DNA from: Phormidium sp.
Lineage (GTDB): Bacteria; Cyanobacteriota; Cyanobacteriia; Cyanobacteriales; Aerosakkonemataceae
Direction of reading: 5' to 3'
Length of the DNA stretch: 64,000 nucleotides
Assembly: GCA_051013385.1 (NCBI GenBank)
Contig: CP143273.1
Location: 512,001-576,000 of the forward strand
Part shown: positions 1 to 10,600 of the stretch, piece by piece
Position numbering within the stretch: the first letter of the stretch is position 1
How the letters are laid out: every line of letters begins with the position of its first letter
Translations under genes and position numbers: made by a program
Notes under the pieces: generated by a model
Databases searched by the model: none
What the model was told of the DNA's origin: nothing
Seen by the model: only the letters and a program-made list of their open reading frames with translations

Positions 1-584
1 TGTCCGAAATCTAAGGGCATTTCATACAAACTTTTAACCAAGGTAAAGTCGGTAGTTGAAGAACCAATATCTACAATTAAAACTGTTGATTTTAGTTCGT
101 TAAACCCTAACTTTCCGCCTTCTTTGGCTTGCATGAAAGCTGCACGAGATTCAGGAACAACTGAGATTAAAGGTATGCCTGATTCTTTGAGTAAACTTTG
201 GTATTCTTGTCGTTCAACTGGCGACCAGCCTGAAGGACAACCGATGTAAAATTGGCTGTTTTCTCCGCCTTCAATTTGTTTGCTTTCTTTCAATAAATTG
301 TAGTAAGCTTCGACAAAACTCCGCATGGTTTTGCGATAGTTAGGCGAGTTATTGGGTTTTTCTTTGAAGCCAATTTGTAAGCGATCGACACCAGCCTGAA
401 TTAAGGCTTGATCTCCCACTAATACGCCTAATTCTGGATGCCAACCAATGGCGGTAATTTGGATTTTCTTGTTATTAACTTCCAGCATATCTGGAGTTTC
501 GATGCTATCTACTTTAGCCTTGGCTAAGGCTGTTTCGCCATGTCCTAAATCAAATCCAATTGTTTCTATCACTTGTGTATTCAT
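1..584 (-). CDS. Hsp70/actin-like ATPase family protein (5' part; runs off window start)
   Basis: Manual translation from ATG at 584: MNTQVIETIGFDLGHGETALA...IGCPSGW...VPESRAA...VLIVDIGSSTTDF. This has the phosphate-1, connect-1 and phosphate-2 motifs of the Hsp70/actin fold. Confidence 0.8.
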   Translation of the reverse strand, partial: MNTQVIETIGFDLGHGETALAKAKVDSIETPDMLEVNNKKIQITAIGWHPELGVLVGDQALIQAGVDRLQIGFKEKPNNSPNYRKTMRSFVEAYYNLLKESKQIEGGENSQFYIGCPSGWSPVERQEYQSLLKESGIPLISVVPESRAAFMQAKEGGKLGFNELKSTVLIVDIGSSTTDFTLVKSLYEMPLDFG

Positions 585-608
585 TTGAGTTAAAACCTAC
601 CGTAAAAT

Positions 609-1529
609 TTAGTTTTCTGCTGCTTTGTTCATTGGTTCAATGACTCTACCTCTGCGTAGTAATCGATCGCCTTTTAACAAAGCAGGTGTTAAGGTGACGT
701 ATTCTTTGGAATTGCGATCGATACTTGGTTCAAAGTCAAAATATTCTCGCGGACTCTGTGGATCATTGAGTCGATAATTCTGCACATAAATTCCCTGATC
801 CATCAAAATTTGCGGCACCATTTTGCTAATTTCTAACGCCATATAAGGATTACCTAAAAAGGATGCACCCCAAAGTTTTTGTAAGAAATCTAACATTTCT
901 GGCATTTCTTGAATGCCACTAGTAGCAGAGGGTTGATTTGTTACGGAAACCTGGGCGACTGCGCGATCGATCGTACTGAGAATATCCGCCAAATTATCCA
1001 AGAAAAACTTACTATCTACCTGAATACTTGGTTGCAAAGCTGCCAAAGATTGACTTAACTCAACATTATCTTGCTTACCGCTTTTATCAAGTTGTAATGC
1101 TACTTCCAATCCTGCAAGCACCGTTACCAGCAAAATTGGCATCCACACACCTGGCGTATCATCAATTAGCGAAAATAGAGAAGTGAAAATACCGACACCG
1201 AGCGGAATTTGGAGTACTTTTAGTAATAGTTTATTGGGGGAGGATTTCTTGGTGCGATCGATAATTTGCTCAATATTTTGCTGAATCAAAGTCGCCTCAT
1301 CAGCAGTTGAGAGAGTACCAATAGACTGACGCAGCGTATCCAGAAAAAACCTCACCAAGCGTACCTGAGAAACACTTAGTTCACCAATGTAATTTTTTTC
1401 CAGATTATCAATTTTGGTTTGTACCAGCTGAACTACTTGCTTCATGCTGGTTGCTTTATCAATCTCCGTTTCCAGTTCGCCACGTTCTTTACTAAAAAGC
1501 GTAAATAATGTTTGCATTTTAACACCCAA
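609..1529 (-). CDS. Membrane protein with GrpE-like C-terminal motif
   Basis: 306 aa ORF with two hydrophobic segments. C-terminus TLTPALLKGDRLLRRGRV resembles the GrpE head motif. Lies directly upstream of the Hsp70-like gene. Confidence 0.55.
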   Translation of the reverse strand: MGVKMQTLFTLFSKERGELETEIDKATSMKQVVQLVQTKIDNLEKNYIGELSVSQVRLVRFFLDTLRQSIGTLSTADEATLIQQNIEQIIDRTKKSSPNKLLLKVLQIPLGVGIFTSLFSLIDDTPGVWMPILLVTVLAGLEVALQLDKSGKQDNVELSQSLAALQPSIQVDSKFFLDNLADILSTIDRAVAQVSVTNQPSATSGIQEMPEMLDFLQKLWGASFLGNPYMALEISKMVPQILMDQGIYVQNYRLNDPQSPREYFDFEPSIDRNSKEYVTLTPALLKGDRLLRRGRVIEPMNKAAEN

Positions 1530-1817
1530 ATTTCAGTGTTCTCTAACTAATGAATCTTTGTAATATAAGTACCTTATTTTCCCACTTCGCTATCAAATAT
1601 TATATAAAAATTAACCCGAAAATTTATTGAAACTTACCGAGCAAAAAGATTAATAAACATCTCCATTTCTTTCCTCTGCGTTCTCTGTGCCTCTGCGGTT
1701 CACAAAAAATTAATTCCTCTGTCCTATTTTAGGCTGATAACTTACCTAACCAACAATGAGGAATTTTACACCCAAAACTATTAACTTTTGTTCGGAAAAC
1801 CACACTAGTCCATTACC

Positions 1818-2729
1818 CTAATTATTTACAGTTCGGTCTAACTTTTCATCATTCCAAGAAGTAGGATCTTCCACAGGTTCTAAATGAGTAAACACATAAG
1901 TTCCCGGAAGCGCCTTAATGATAGTTAACTCAATTTCTTCACACAAAGCATGACCCCGCTTTACCGTCCATTCTCCCGGAACTAAAACATGAAAAGAGAC
2001 AAACCGACGAGATCCAGCAACTCTAGTTCGCAAAGCATGAAATTGAATATTTTGATTATCGTAGTTAGTTAGGATATTCCTAATAATTTGCTGTTCCTCT
2101 TTAGGCAACCCAGTATCTAAAATTCCGGCTCCAGTTTCCCGTAAAAGCTTCACTCCTGCCCAAACAATATTAATAGCTACTACAAAAGCAATTAGCGGAT
2201 CGAGGATTAACCAACCTGTTAAAGGTACAGCAATTAAAGCTATTACTACACCTACCGAAGTCCAAACATCAGTTAATAAGTGATGAGCATCGGCTTTGAG
2301 AGTAATTGAACGCAGACGTTTTCCGGCGCGTAACAACACAACAGCAACTACTCCATTAATAACAGATGCTATTAATGACAGCACTAATCCTAAACCTATT
2401 TGTTCTAATTCTTGCGGATGTAAAAGACGATTCCAGGCGGCTAAAGCAATGCTAATAGCAGCAACTAAAATTAACGCGCCTTCCACACCGCTCGAAAAAT
2501 ATTCGGCTTTAAAATGCCCGTAAGCGTGTTTTTCATCCGGTGGTTTAGCGGCATAAGTCACTGCCCAAAATGCCACTAAAGCTGCAACTAAATTAACAGA
2601 TGATTCCGCTGCATCCGATAATAATCCCACTGAACCTGTCAGGAGATATGCGCCAGCTTTCAAAGCAATGGTAATTAAAGCGGCTGCGATCGAGATCAAG
2701 GCGTAAAAACGGGGAGATTTGTTGCTCAT
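1818..2729 (-). CDS. Cation diffusion facilitator (FieF-like) transporter
   Basis: [26 protein letters not shown] and [13 protein letters not shown] motifs, plus C-terminal dimerisation domain (THLEP). Confidence 0.9.
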   Translation of the reverse strand: MSNKSPRFYALISIAAALITIALKAGAYLLTGSVGLLSDAAESSVNLVAALVAFWAVTYAAKPPDEKHAYGHFKAEYFSSGVEGALILVAAISIALAAWNRLLHPQELEQIGLGLVLSLIASVINGVVAVVLLRAGKRLRSITLKADAHHLLTDVWTSVGVVIALIAVPLTGWLILDPLIAFVVAINIVWAGVKLLRETGAGILDTGLPKEEQQIIRNILTNYDNQNIQFHALRTRVAGSRRFVSFHVLVPGEWTVKRGHALCEEIELTIIKALPGTYVFTHLEPVEDPTSWNDEKLDRTVNN

Positions 2730-2936
2730 AGCAACTGCTCATAACTGCTTTTACTTGAAAGTTTACCTAAAATTCAGCAAAATTTCATCAATTATTAGAA
2801 CTTTGGGAGCGTAAAATGTATTTGTCTTTTCATCTGTGGTTAAAAAATTAAGACATTCTGCAAACCTGAGAAAACTTGCCATTTTTATATTATTACCAAG
2901 CTCAACTACAGATATTTAATTACAGGAGAATTTACC

Positions 2937-3611
2937 ATGAGCTACAAAGCTGTTGTCAGAACCGAAGGAGATCCTTTAAATGTTCGGGCTACCCCCAACG
3001 GAGAAATTATTGACAGCCTCATCAATGGAACAGAGGTAGAAGTTACTGGTGAACCCGTAGCAGCTGGGGGGAGAAATTGGGTAGCAATTGGTGCTAATCG
3101 TTGGGTAGCTTCCGATTTTATTGTGCGAATTCCTCAAGGCGATAATGATAGCAACCAAGACTTAAGTTCTATTAAAGGAGCGAAAATCGTTGCTACACAA
3201 ACCGATGAAATCATTGCTGGTGGTTTAAAAGTTTACCGCACTGAATTAATTGATGCTACAGGTAAGGTTATTGACAAAGTAAGAACGGTTTCTGGGAGAG
3301 TTGGCAAACAAACTCCTTCGCCTATTTCTGGATCTCAAACTCCGATACCTTTTGGGATTTATAAATTCGATCGCCCCGGAATCGTCGAAGCTAAATCGGG
3401 AGAATTTGGCGGAGTTTGGTCGCCAGTTACTCCTACTTTCCCCACCAAAAGAGGCGGTTTTGGAGTTCATTACGATCCCTCAACATTCAAAAACAATTCT
3501 CAAACTGGAACCGCTGGATGTTTAGCAACACCAACAATTGAAGAACGAGAAATTGTCACTAAATTTATCCGCACTTACAAACCAACCCATCTAATCATCC
3601 AAAAAGATTAA
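2937..3611 (+). CDS. Bacterial SH3 domain + L,D-transpeptidase-like domain protein
   Basis: N-terminal LNVRATPNGEII...WVASDF (SH3b). C-terminal PIPFGIY...GVH...GTAGCL resembles the L,D-TPase-like His/Cys motif. Confidence 0.6.
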   Translation: MSYKAVVRTEGDPLNVRATPNGEIIDSLINGTEVEVTGEPVAAGGRNWVAIGANRWVASDFIVRIPQGDNDSNQDLSSIKGAKIVATQTDEIIAGGLKVYRTELIDATGKVIDKVRTVSGRVGKQTPSPISGSQTPIPFGIYKFDRPGIVEAKSGEFGGVWSPVTPTFPTKRGGFGVHYDPSTFKNNSQTGTAGCLATPTIEEREIVTKFIRTYKPTHLIIQKD

Positions 3612-3613
3612 AA

Positions 3614-4420
3614 TCATTGATGAACTGAACCATCTGGCATAATAGCTCCTTCGAGATTAGCATTAGTGAGAATTGCTTTATCAAGGTTAGCACCTCTTAA
3701 ATTTGCGCCTCGCAAATTAGCTCCTGTGAGGTTAACTTTGCTCAAATTAGTCCATCTTAAATCAACCTTCCTCAGTTCACAAAAGCTCATATTTGCGCGA
3801 AAAAGGTAAGCGCCAATTAAGTGAGCTTGGGTTAAGTTGGCTTCCTGAAAATCTGCTTTATAAAGGTAAGAATCAATTAATTCTGCTTCATAAAGATTAG
3901 CTTTGCTGAAGTCTGCACTAATTAAATTAGCAGTTCTTAAATTGGCATTTCTGAGATTAGCTCTCGTCAGTTTGGCATCACTTAAATCAGCTACTTTTAA
4001 ATTTGCTTCGCTTAAATCAGCACCAATTAAGTTAGCCTTACTTAAATCAGCACTTTTGAGATTAGCTTTGCTCAAGTTAGCACCGATTAAATTAGCATTA
4101 ATTAAATATGCTTCTTTGAGGTTGGCTGCGCTGAGATTTGCTAAACTGAGATTGGCATTACTCAGATTGGCTTTAACTAGTAAAGCTGCGTGAAGATTAG
4201 CACTGCTCAAATTAGCGTTGCTGAGATTAACTGCTGGTAATAAACTATTACTTAGGTCTGCTTTATTCAGATTAACTGCTTGTAAATCAGCATCTAATAA
4301 GTTTAATCCAGAAAGTAAAGCATCGCTGAGGTCTGGTTCAATTTGTGGATTGTTTTTTCGCCACTCAATCCATTTAAGTTTGTTGGCTTTAACTAAATTC
4401 AAATGTTCTATATTTGCCAT
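3614..4420 (-). CDS. Pentapeptide repeat protein
   Basis: Long run of A(N/D)Lxx pentapeptides ending GAIMPDG. Confidence 0.95.
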   Translation of the reverse strand: MANIEHLNLVKANKLKWIEWRKNNPQIEPDLSDALLSGLNLLDADLQAVNLNKADLSNSLLPAVNLSNANLSSANLHAALLVKANLSNANLSLANLSAANLKEAYLINANLIGANLSKANLKSADLSKANLIGADLSEANLKVADLSDAKLTRANLRNANLRTANLISADFSKANLYEAELIDSYLYKADFQEANLTQAHLIGAYLFRANMSFCELRKVDLRWTNLSKVNLTGANLRGANLRGANLDKAILTNANLEGAIMPDGSVHQ

Positions 4421-4434
4421 GTTTAAATTCTCCT

Positions 4435-5073
4435 TTATTCTTTCCGCGCACTGGGATTTTCTCGACCTCTAACGTTCTCAATTGCTGTTAATGCTCCGTC
4501 AGCTGCGGCTAAAATGTCCTGTTCTGCTCCACCTAAATATAAGCGTCCAAAACTGCCAACAGCGTTAATTTCCAAAATATTAATTGCGGCGGTTTTTTCG
4601 GCTTCGTTTGCTGCTAATGCTGCATAAGCTGCGGGTTCAACTTCTAATACATAAAGGGTTTGTCCTGCTAATAGTAATTGTCCGCGTCGAGTCCGGTTAA
4701 TTAATTGGGTTTGGTGCGCGTCAATGTTGCGGATAATTTGACTGGAAACTACTCGCGGTTTTAGACATTCTTCGCGTCGTACTCCTAAAGTGTCTAAAAT
4801 TGCTCTTCCCGCTGCTTTGGTTTCGCCTTGTTTGGTAGAATGAATTTCTAAAAGTCCATAAAGTCTTTCTACTACTTGTACTCCCGGACGTACTGAAGCG
4901 GATTTTAAGGCAACATCAGTAATGCGATTAATTTCAATTCCGGGTGAAATTTCAATCCAAAGAGATGCGTCTCCTGGTAATGGTAAAAATCCCAGCGACA
5001 CTGTTCCGATGTAAGCGGCGTGCTGTGGTTGTAATCTATCTAAATATACGTAACTGCGTAGTTCTATGCCCAA
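4435..5073 (-). CDS. ccmP: Carboxysome shell protein CcmP (tandem BMC domain)
   Basis: [32 protein letters not shown] and [10 protein letters not shown] match the CcmP/CsoS1D family. Confidence 0.9.
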   Translation of the reverse strand: MGIELRSYVYLDRLQPQHAAYIGTVSLGFLPLPGDASLWIEISPGIEINRITDVALKSASVRPGVQVVERLYGLLEIHSTKQGETKAAGRAILDTLGVRREECLKPRVVSSQIIRNIDAHQTQLINRTRRGQLLLAGQTLYVLEVEPAAYAALAANEAEKTAAINILEINAVGSFGRLYLGGAEQDILAAADGALTAIENVRGRENPSARKE

Positions 5074-5210
5074 AGTTTTCCTCTTACCCCCAAAAAATTA
5101 ACGGATTTGTGGTTTTACCAACCAGGAAAAAAGTTAACCAGATCTAAGTTTGCCAGAAAACTTAATTGATTAATCGGATTTGGGGAAATTTTTCAAGCAG
5201 GAATAAAAAG

Positions 5211-5262
5211 GTACGTTGTTGCGCTTCAGCGCTAATAAGAGCGCTGAAGCGCAACAACGTAC
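5211..5262. repeat. Perfect 23-bp-arm palindrome (REP-like)
   Basis: GTACGTTGTTGCGCTTCAGCGCT-aataag-AGCGCTGAAGCGCAACAACGTAC between divergent genes. Confidence 0.85.
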
Positions 5263-5314
5263 TTAGAAATTTGTTTAAATAAAATCGGGAGAGTAAAAAG
5301 AGCGATCGCAAACT

Positions 5315-6163
5315 ATGTCAACATTAAAAGGTAAAGTAGCTGTAGTCACGGGAGCTAGTCGCGGTGGGGGTCGTGGTATTGCTTTAGCACTCGGAGCAGC
5401 AGGCGCAACAGTTTATGTTACCGGACGCAGTACCAAAAACCAAGCCACAACTGATAATTTACCAGGAACTATTGACGAAACAGCAGAGTCCGTAACCTTG
5501 CGCGGTGGTGTGGGTATTCCTGTGCGTTGTGACCACACAATAGATGCAGAAGTAGAGGCGTTATTTGCTAAAGTTAAAACTGAACAAGGACACCTCGATT
5601 TATTAGTTAATAATGCTTGGGGTGGTTATGAAAATTATTATGGTACTAATTTCGAGGATGGTGTTGCTTTTGATGCGCCTTTTTGGGAACATTCTTTGCA
5701 ACGTTGGCAAACGATGTTTAATGCAGGTGTGAGAACACAATTAGTAACTACTCGCTTTGCCATCCCATTAATGTTACCACAAAATCAAGGTTTAATTGTT
5801 TGCACTACTGCTTGGGATCGGAATAAATATTTGGGTAATTTGTATTACGATTTAGCCAAAAATGCTGTCAATCGCATGGCGTTTGGTATGGCGCGAGAAT
5901 TGCAGAAATACAACATTGCTGCTGTAGCACTTGCACCTGGTTTCATGCGTACCGAAAGAGTGATGGCAGCTTATAATTTACAACCTTTTGATTTGAGTAA
6001 TTCCGAATCTCCTGAATATATTGGACGAGCAATTGTAGCTTTAGCGTCTGACCCCGATATAATGTCAAAATCAGGTCAGGTTTTAGCTGTGGGAAATTTA
6101 GCATGGGATTACGGTTTTACTGATATTGATGGTAATCAACCGCCAGCTTTTAAAATTGAATAA
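5315..6163 (+). CDS. SDR family oxidoreductase (DHRS1-like)
   Basis: TGASRGGG cofactor motif, LLVNNAW, and YDLAK catalytic YxxxK. Confidence 0.9.
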   Translation: MSTLKGKVAVVTGASRGGGRGIALALGAAGATVYVTGRSTKNQATTDNLPGTIDETAESVTLRGGVGIPVRCDHTIDAEVEALFAKVKTEQGHLDLLVNNAWGGYENYYGTNFEDGVAFDAPFWEHSLQRWQTMFNAGVRTQLVTTRFAIPLMLPQNQGLIVCTTAWDRNKYLGNLYYDLAKNAVNRMAFGMARELQKYNIAAVALAPGFMRTERVMAAYNLQPFDLSNSESPEYIGRAIVALASDPDIMSKSGQVLAVGNLAWDYGFTDIDGNQPPAFKIE

Positions 6164-6203
6164 CTCTTATTTCTTCGCGCTCTTTGCGCTCTAGCTATAC
6201 CTA

Positions 6204-6428
<225 letters not shown>

Positions 6429-6584
6429 TTAAATAAATCTTTACTGGTAGAAAAAGATACAATTTTGAAGTATTCTTGAGCATGATTTAGTTGAGATATG
6501 CCTGATACCCATATACAGTCAATGTCAAATCAACCCCAGGGCGATCGCAAAATAACCTAAATTTTAATTCGGGAAATATGGATC

Positions 6585-9044
6585 ATGACTTCAAAAAAGT
6601 TACCCTTTAAATTGCCTGATTTTTATATGCCATGGACGGCAAGAATGAACCCCCATCTACAGGGTGCTAGATTTCAGTGTAAGGCGTGGGCCTATGAGGT
6701 CGGCATCCTGAGAACCGATGGGAAAGGGGTATGGAGTGAAAAAGCCTTTGATCGGATGGATTTTGCCTATTTTGCGGCCAACACTCACCCGGATGCACCA
6801 CCCCAAGAGTTGGACTTAATCAGTAATTGGTATGTGTGGGGATGGTTTGTCGATGACTACTTCCCTCAGACCTTTGATGCAGGAAACAGCGATCTAGGAG
6901 AAGCTAAAGCCTATCTTGCTAGGCTATTATCCTTTATGCCCAAGGAGCTGAATACACCTACACCAGAAGCTGAGAATCCGGCAGAATATGCTCTAGCTAA
7001 TTTATGGACCCGTACTGCGCCAACTATGTCTCAGGGGTGGCGACAGCGATTTGTTGAACACATCCGAGTTATGGCAGATGCCAGCCTGCGAGAACTTTTC
7101 AACACGGACAAGAACAAGGAGCGGATACTAGATCCAGTTGAATTCATCACGCAGCGCCGTAAATTAAGCGGGATGTCTTGGGCTGCAGATTTGGTTGAAC
7201 ACTCCTTGGCAGCTGAGATCCCACCAGAGATCTATGACACGCGGACTATCCGCGTGCTAAACGACACCTACGCAGACAGAGGGGCTCTGTGGAATGACAT
7301 TATCTCCTATAATAAGGACATTGACGATGGCAAGGTCAACAACTGCGTAGTTGTGGTGCAGCACTTCCTCAACACTGATTTACAGAAAGCAGTGAACTTG
7401 GTCAATGACCTCGCGACCTCTCGACTGTACGAATTTGAAAATACGCTGATTGTGGAACTCTATCCAGCAATGGATGAACGCAGGCTGGATGGTGCAGCGC
7501 GTCAGAAGGTTCTGCGCTATGTGAAAGCACTCCAAGACTGGATGGCAGGAGAACTGGAGTGGGCACTTCGACCCGGTGGTCGCTACCTACCAGCCGAATC
7601 GAAAAAAGAGTCGCCACTTGGTGGACCGAAAGGCTTGGGTACTGCGGCGGCGCGTGTTGGCTTATCCCCTGCCGCCATGGGATTAAGGATCAGAACCTAT
7701 AATCACATTCCTTTCCAGACTGTGGGGGCAATTACCCCACCAGAGTTTTATATGCCTTTTCCTACAGAGTTGCATCCTAATCTGGAGGAAGGACGACGAA
7801 CTTCTAAGGCATGGGCCTATGAAATGGGAATGATTGGGGTTTCCGGTGTTAGTTTCTGGGATGAGCAGAGATTTGACGCGGTTGATAGTGCGTTGCAGGT
7901 TGCCTTGATGTATCCGCAAGCTGCCAATGCTGTCTATGATCTGATAGTAAAATTAGTTGTTTGGGGTTTTTATCTGGATGGTTACTTTGAGGAACGTTAC
8001 TTATCTACCCGTGACCTAGTGGGGGGAAAGGCGTTTTTTGCTCGACTGTTGGCCTTGATCTCTAGCGATTCTGTACCGATTACGATGCTGGTTGATCCCT
8101 GTGAACGTGGCTTGCTTGACATAATGCAGAGGATGAGTGCGGATATGTCGGCAGAGGAAAAGCAGCGGCTGCGCTGCGATTTCAAAGAAGTGTTTGCAGC
8201 TTGGACCCGACAACTTGACCATCAGGTTCAAAACCGCATTCCCGACCCCATTGATTACCTAGAGCTACGTCAAAAGACATTTGGTTTTGATCTTTTGATC
8301 CACTTTAACCAAAACGACAAAACACTCTCTGCACTTTATCAGACTACACCCCTACAAAGTTTACAGAGCGTGGCCAGTGATGTGATCGGTTTAACCAACG
8401 ACATCATTTCCTATCAGAAGGAAATTGAACATGAAGGCATACTCATCAATGGGGTGTTGGTCACTCAGCATTTTCTGGACTGCGATTTAGCCAAAGCGGT
8501 TGAGGTGGTCAACAATCTAATCACGGCGCGGGTGCGTGAGTTTGAATATGTTGTCGCTAACGAATTACCCTTCCTCTGTGATGAATTACAGCTAGATGAG
8601 AGTAATCGGGCGAAACTGTTCGGATATGTTAAAAATTTACAATTTATGATGAGTGGTGTACTCAAATGGCATTTGATCACCAACTACTATAAAGAATCTG
8701 AATTTAAACGTGATCCCAGTCCCAGGAATCTGTTTAATTTTCCGACAATCTTCAGCCCCTCAGTTACCCGTATCTCATCTTTGTTTAATCGCAAAATGGG
8801 CATTTCTGCCCCTGAAACTGGCTCAAGTTCAGTCCAAACCCCTGAACCCAGTCTTGAGCCGATAGTGCAGAACCTACTCAGAGGTCCGAATGGGTTAGGG
8901 ACTTCGGCCACTAAGATAGGTTCGGATGGAGTTCCAATCCCTGCTACTGATGCCGAACCAATGGCACCAGAATTAGTTAGTAGTCTCACAAAATTAGGGA
9001 CCGCAACTATGCAAATTCGATCGCTTTTAGGACAGCAAGATTAA
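6585..9044 (+). CDS. Divergent two-domain geosmin-synthase-like terpene cyclase (putative Family 2B encapsulin cargo)
   Basis: Two class I terpene cyclase domains. N-domain: DDYFP, NDIISYNKD, RY. C-domain: DGYFEE, NDIISYQKE, YY. GPxGLGT motifs occur in the linker and tail. Confidence 0.85.
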   Translation: MTSKKLPFKLPDFYMPWTARMNPHLQGARFQCKAWAYEVGILRTDGKGVWSEKAFDRMDFAYFAANTHPDAPPQELDLISNWYVWGWFVDDYFPQTFDAGNSDLGEAKAYLARLLSFMPKELNTPTPEAENPAEYALANLWTRTAPTMSQGWRQRFVEHIRVMADASLRELFNTDKNKERILDPVEFITQRRKLSGMSWAADLVEHSLAAEIPPEIYDTRTIRVLNDTYADRGALWNDIISYNKDIDDGKVNNCVVVVQHFLNTDLQKAVNLVNDLATSRLYEFENTLIVELYPAMDERRLDGAARQKVLRYVKALQDWMAGELEWALRPGGRYLPAESKKESPLGGPKGLGTAAARVGLSPAAMGLRIRTYNHIPFQTVGAITPPEFYMPFPTELHPNLEEGRRTSKAWAYEMGMIGVSGVSFWDEQRFDAVDSALQVALMYPQAANAVYDLIVKLVVWGFYLDGYFEERYLSTRDLVGGKAFFARLLALISSDSVPITMLVDPCERGLLDIMQRMSADMSAEEKQRLRCDFKEVFAAWTRQLDHQVQNRIPDPIDYLELRQKTFGFDLLIHFNQNDKTLSALYQTTPLQSLQSVASDVIGLTNDIISYQKEIEHEGILINGVLVTQHFLDCDLAKAVEVVNNLITARVREFEYVVANELPFLCDELQLDESNRAKLFGYVKNLQFMMSGVLKWHLITNYYKESEFKRDPSPRNLFNFPTIFSPSVTRISSLFNRKMGISAPETGSSSVQTPEPSLEPIVQNLLRGPNGLGTSATKIGSDGVPIPATDAEPMAPELVSSLTKLGTATMQIRSLLGQQD

Positions 9045-9117
9045 CCCAATCCTCACGCCTAATAACGATCAATCACCTTATTTACCAAGAAAGTTTACCA
9101 ACGGAGATTAATCAATC

Positions 9118-10527
9118 ATGACGGATGCAGCTAATACTCCCCTAGAAAACCAAATTGAACAACAGCCGATGAGTTTGGGAACCGAAGCGGCGCGTAATTT
9201 GGCGACCACCACCAAAACCCAACCCCAAATGCAGGGTATTACCTCACGGTGGTTATTAAAATTGTTACCTTGGGTAGAAACCGTTGGGGGTACTTATCGC
9301 GTCAACCGTCGCTTAACCTATGAGGTTGGTGATGGACGGGTTAGCTTTAGCAATACAGGAGCACAAATTCAAGTTATTCCCCAAGAACTGACTGAATTAC
9401 CTTTATTGCGGGGATTTACAGATGTTGAAGTTTTAAATGCCTTAGCGAGACAATTTGTACAACAAGAATTTGCTGCGGGAGATGTGATCATCCAAGCGGG
9501 TCAAGAAGCAGATCAGGTGTTATTGATTGCTCATGGTAAAGTCAATAAAATTGGACCTGGTAAATATGATGATGAAGTGGTGTTAGGTGTCCTGGCTGAT
9601 GGCGATCATTTTGGTGACTATGCGTTAGTCGAATCTCAGGATACTTGGGATGTCACCCTGACGGCTATTACCCGTTGTACGATTCTATCCTTGCCCCAAT
9701 CAGCTTTTGAAAACTTAGTTAACCAGTCAGAAGCCTTGCAAGCGCAAGTAGACAAATTCCGCGCACAATTGAGTCAACCCCAAAATGAATACGGGGAAGC
9801 TAGGATCAATATTTCTTCGGGACACTCCGGCGAGTCTGTATTACCTGGGACTTTTGCCGATTATGAAATGAATCCACGGGAATATGAGTTAAGCGTTGCT
9901 CAAACCATTTTACAGATCAATACAAGGGTTGCTGATCTTTATAATGAACCGATGAATCAAACGGAGCAACAATTACGCTTAACTATTGAAGCGTTGCGGG
10001 AACGTCAAGAAAACGAAATGATTAACAGTCGTGACTTTGGACTGTTGCACAATGCGGATCTCAAACAACGTATTTTTACCCGCAGTGGACCCCCAACTCC
10101 CGATGATCTTGATGATTTGATCTCCATTGTTTGGAAAGAACCGAGCTTTTTCTTAGCCCATCCTCGTACTATTGCCGCCTTTGGTCGGGAATGCAACCGT
10201 TTAGGACTTTATCCAACTCCGATCCCTGTGGGAAATAGTGCTATCCCTTCTTGGCGTGGTATTCCGATCTATCCTTGCAATAAAATTCCTCTGACTAAGG
10301 AGCGTACCAGTTCCATTATCTTAATGCGGGCAGGTGCAGCTAATCAAGGGGTGATCGGTCTGCATAAAACGGGTATTCCTGATGAATATCAGCCCAGTTT
10401 ATCGGTGCGTTTTATGGGAATTAACGAAAAATCGGTGATTTCCTACTTGGTTAGTGCCTACTACTCCCTTGCTGTCCTCGTTCCTGATGCCTTGGGTATT
10501 CTTGAAGACGTAGAAGTTGGTCTGTAA
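9118..10527 (+). CDS. Family 2B encapsulin shell protein (cyclic-nucleotide-binding, Cnb/SrpI-like) 1
   Basis: [22 protein letters not shown], an inserted cNMP-binding domain, [11 protein letters not shown] and GPPTPDDLD. Same arrangement as geoA-cnb operons. Confidence 0.9.
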   Translation: MTDAANTPLENQIEQQPMSLGTEAARNLATTTKTQPQMQGITSRWLLKLLPWVETVGGTYRVNRRLTYEVGDGRVSFSNTGAQIQVIPQELTELPLLRGFTDVEVLNALARQFVQQEFAAGDVIIQAGQEADQVLLIAHGKVNKIGPGKYDDEVVLGVLADGDHFGDYALVESQDTWDVTLTAITRCTILSLPQSAFENLVNQSEALQAQVDKFRAQLSQPQNEYGEARINISSGHSGESVLPGTFADYEMNPREYELSVAQTILQINTRVADLYNEPMNQTEQQLRLTIEALRERQENEMINSRDFGLLHNADLKQRIFTRSGPPTPDDLDDLISIVWKEPSFFLAHPRTIAAFGRECNRLGLYPTPIPVGNSAIPSWRGIPIYPCNKIPLTKERTSSIILMRAGAANQGVIGLHKTGIPDEYQPSLSVRFMGINEKSVISYLVSAYYSLAVLVPDALGILEDVEVGL

Positions 10528-10600
10528 ACCTCTTGATCCTGACCATAGGGGGTCAACGGCTATTGACCCCTACACAATACATTAGATAAATTTTACTGTT

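Noticed and set aside
3903..4472. Antisense ORFs over the pentapeptide gene (and similar shadow ORFs elsewhere)
   Set aside because: Shadows of well-supported genes on the other strand or frame.
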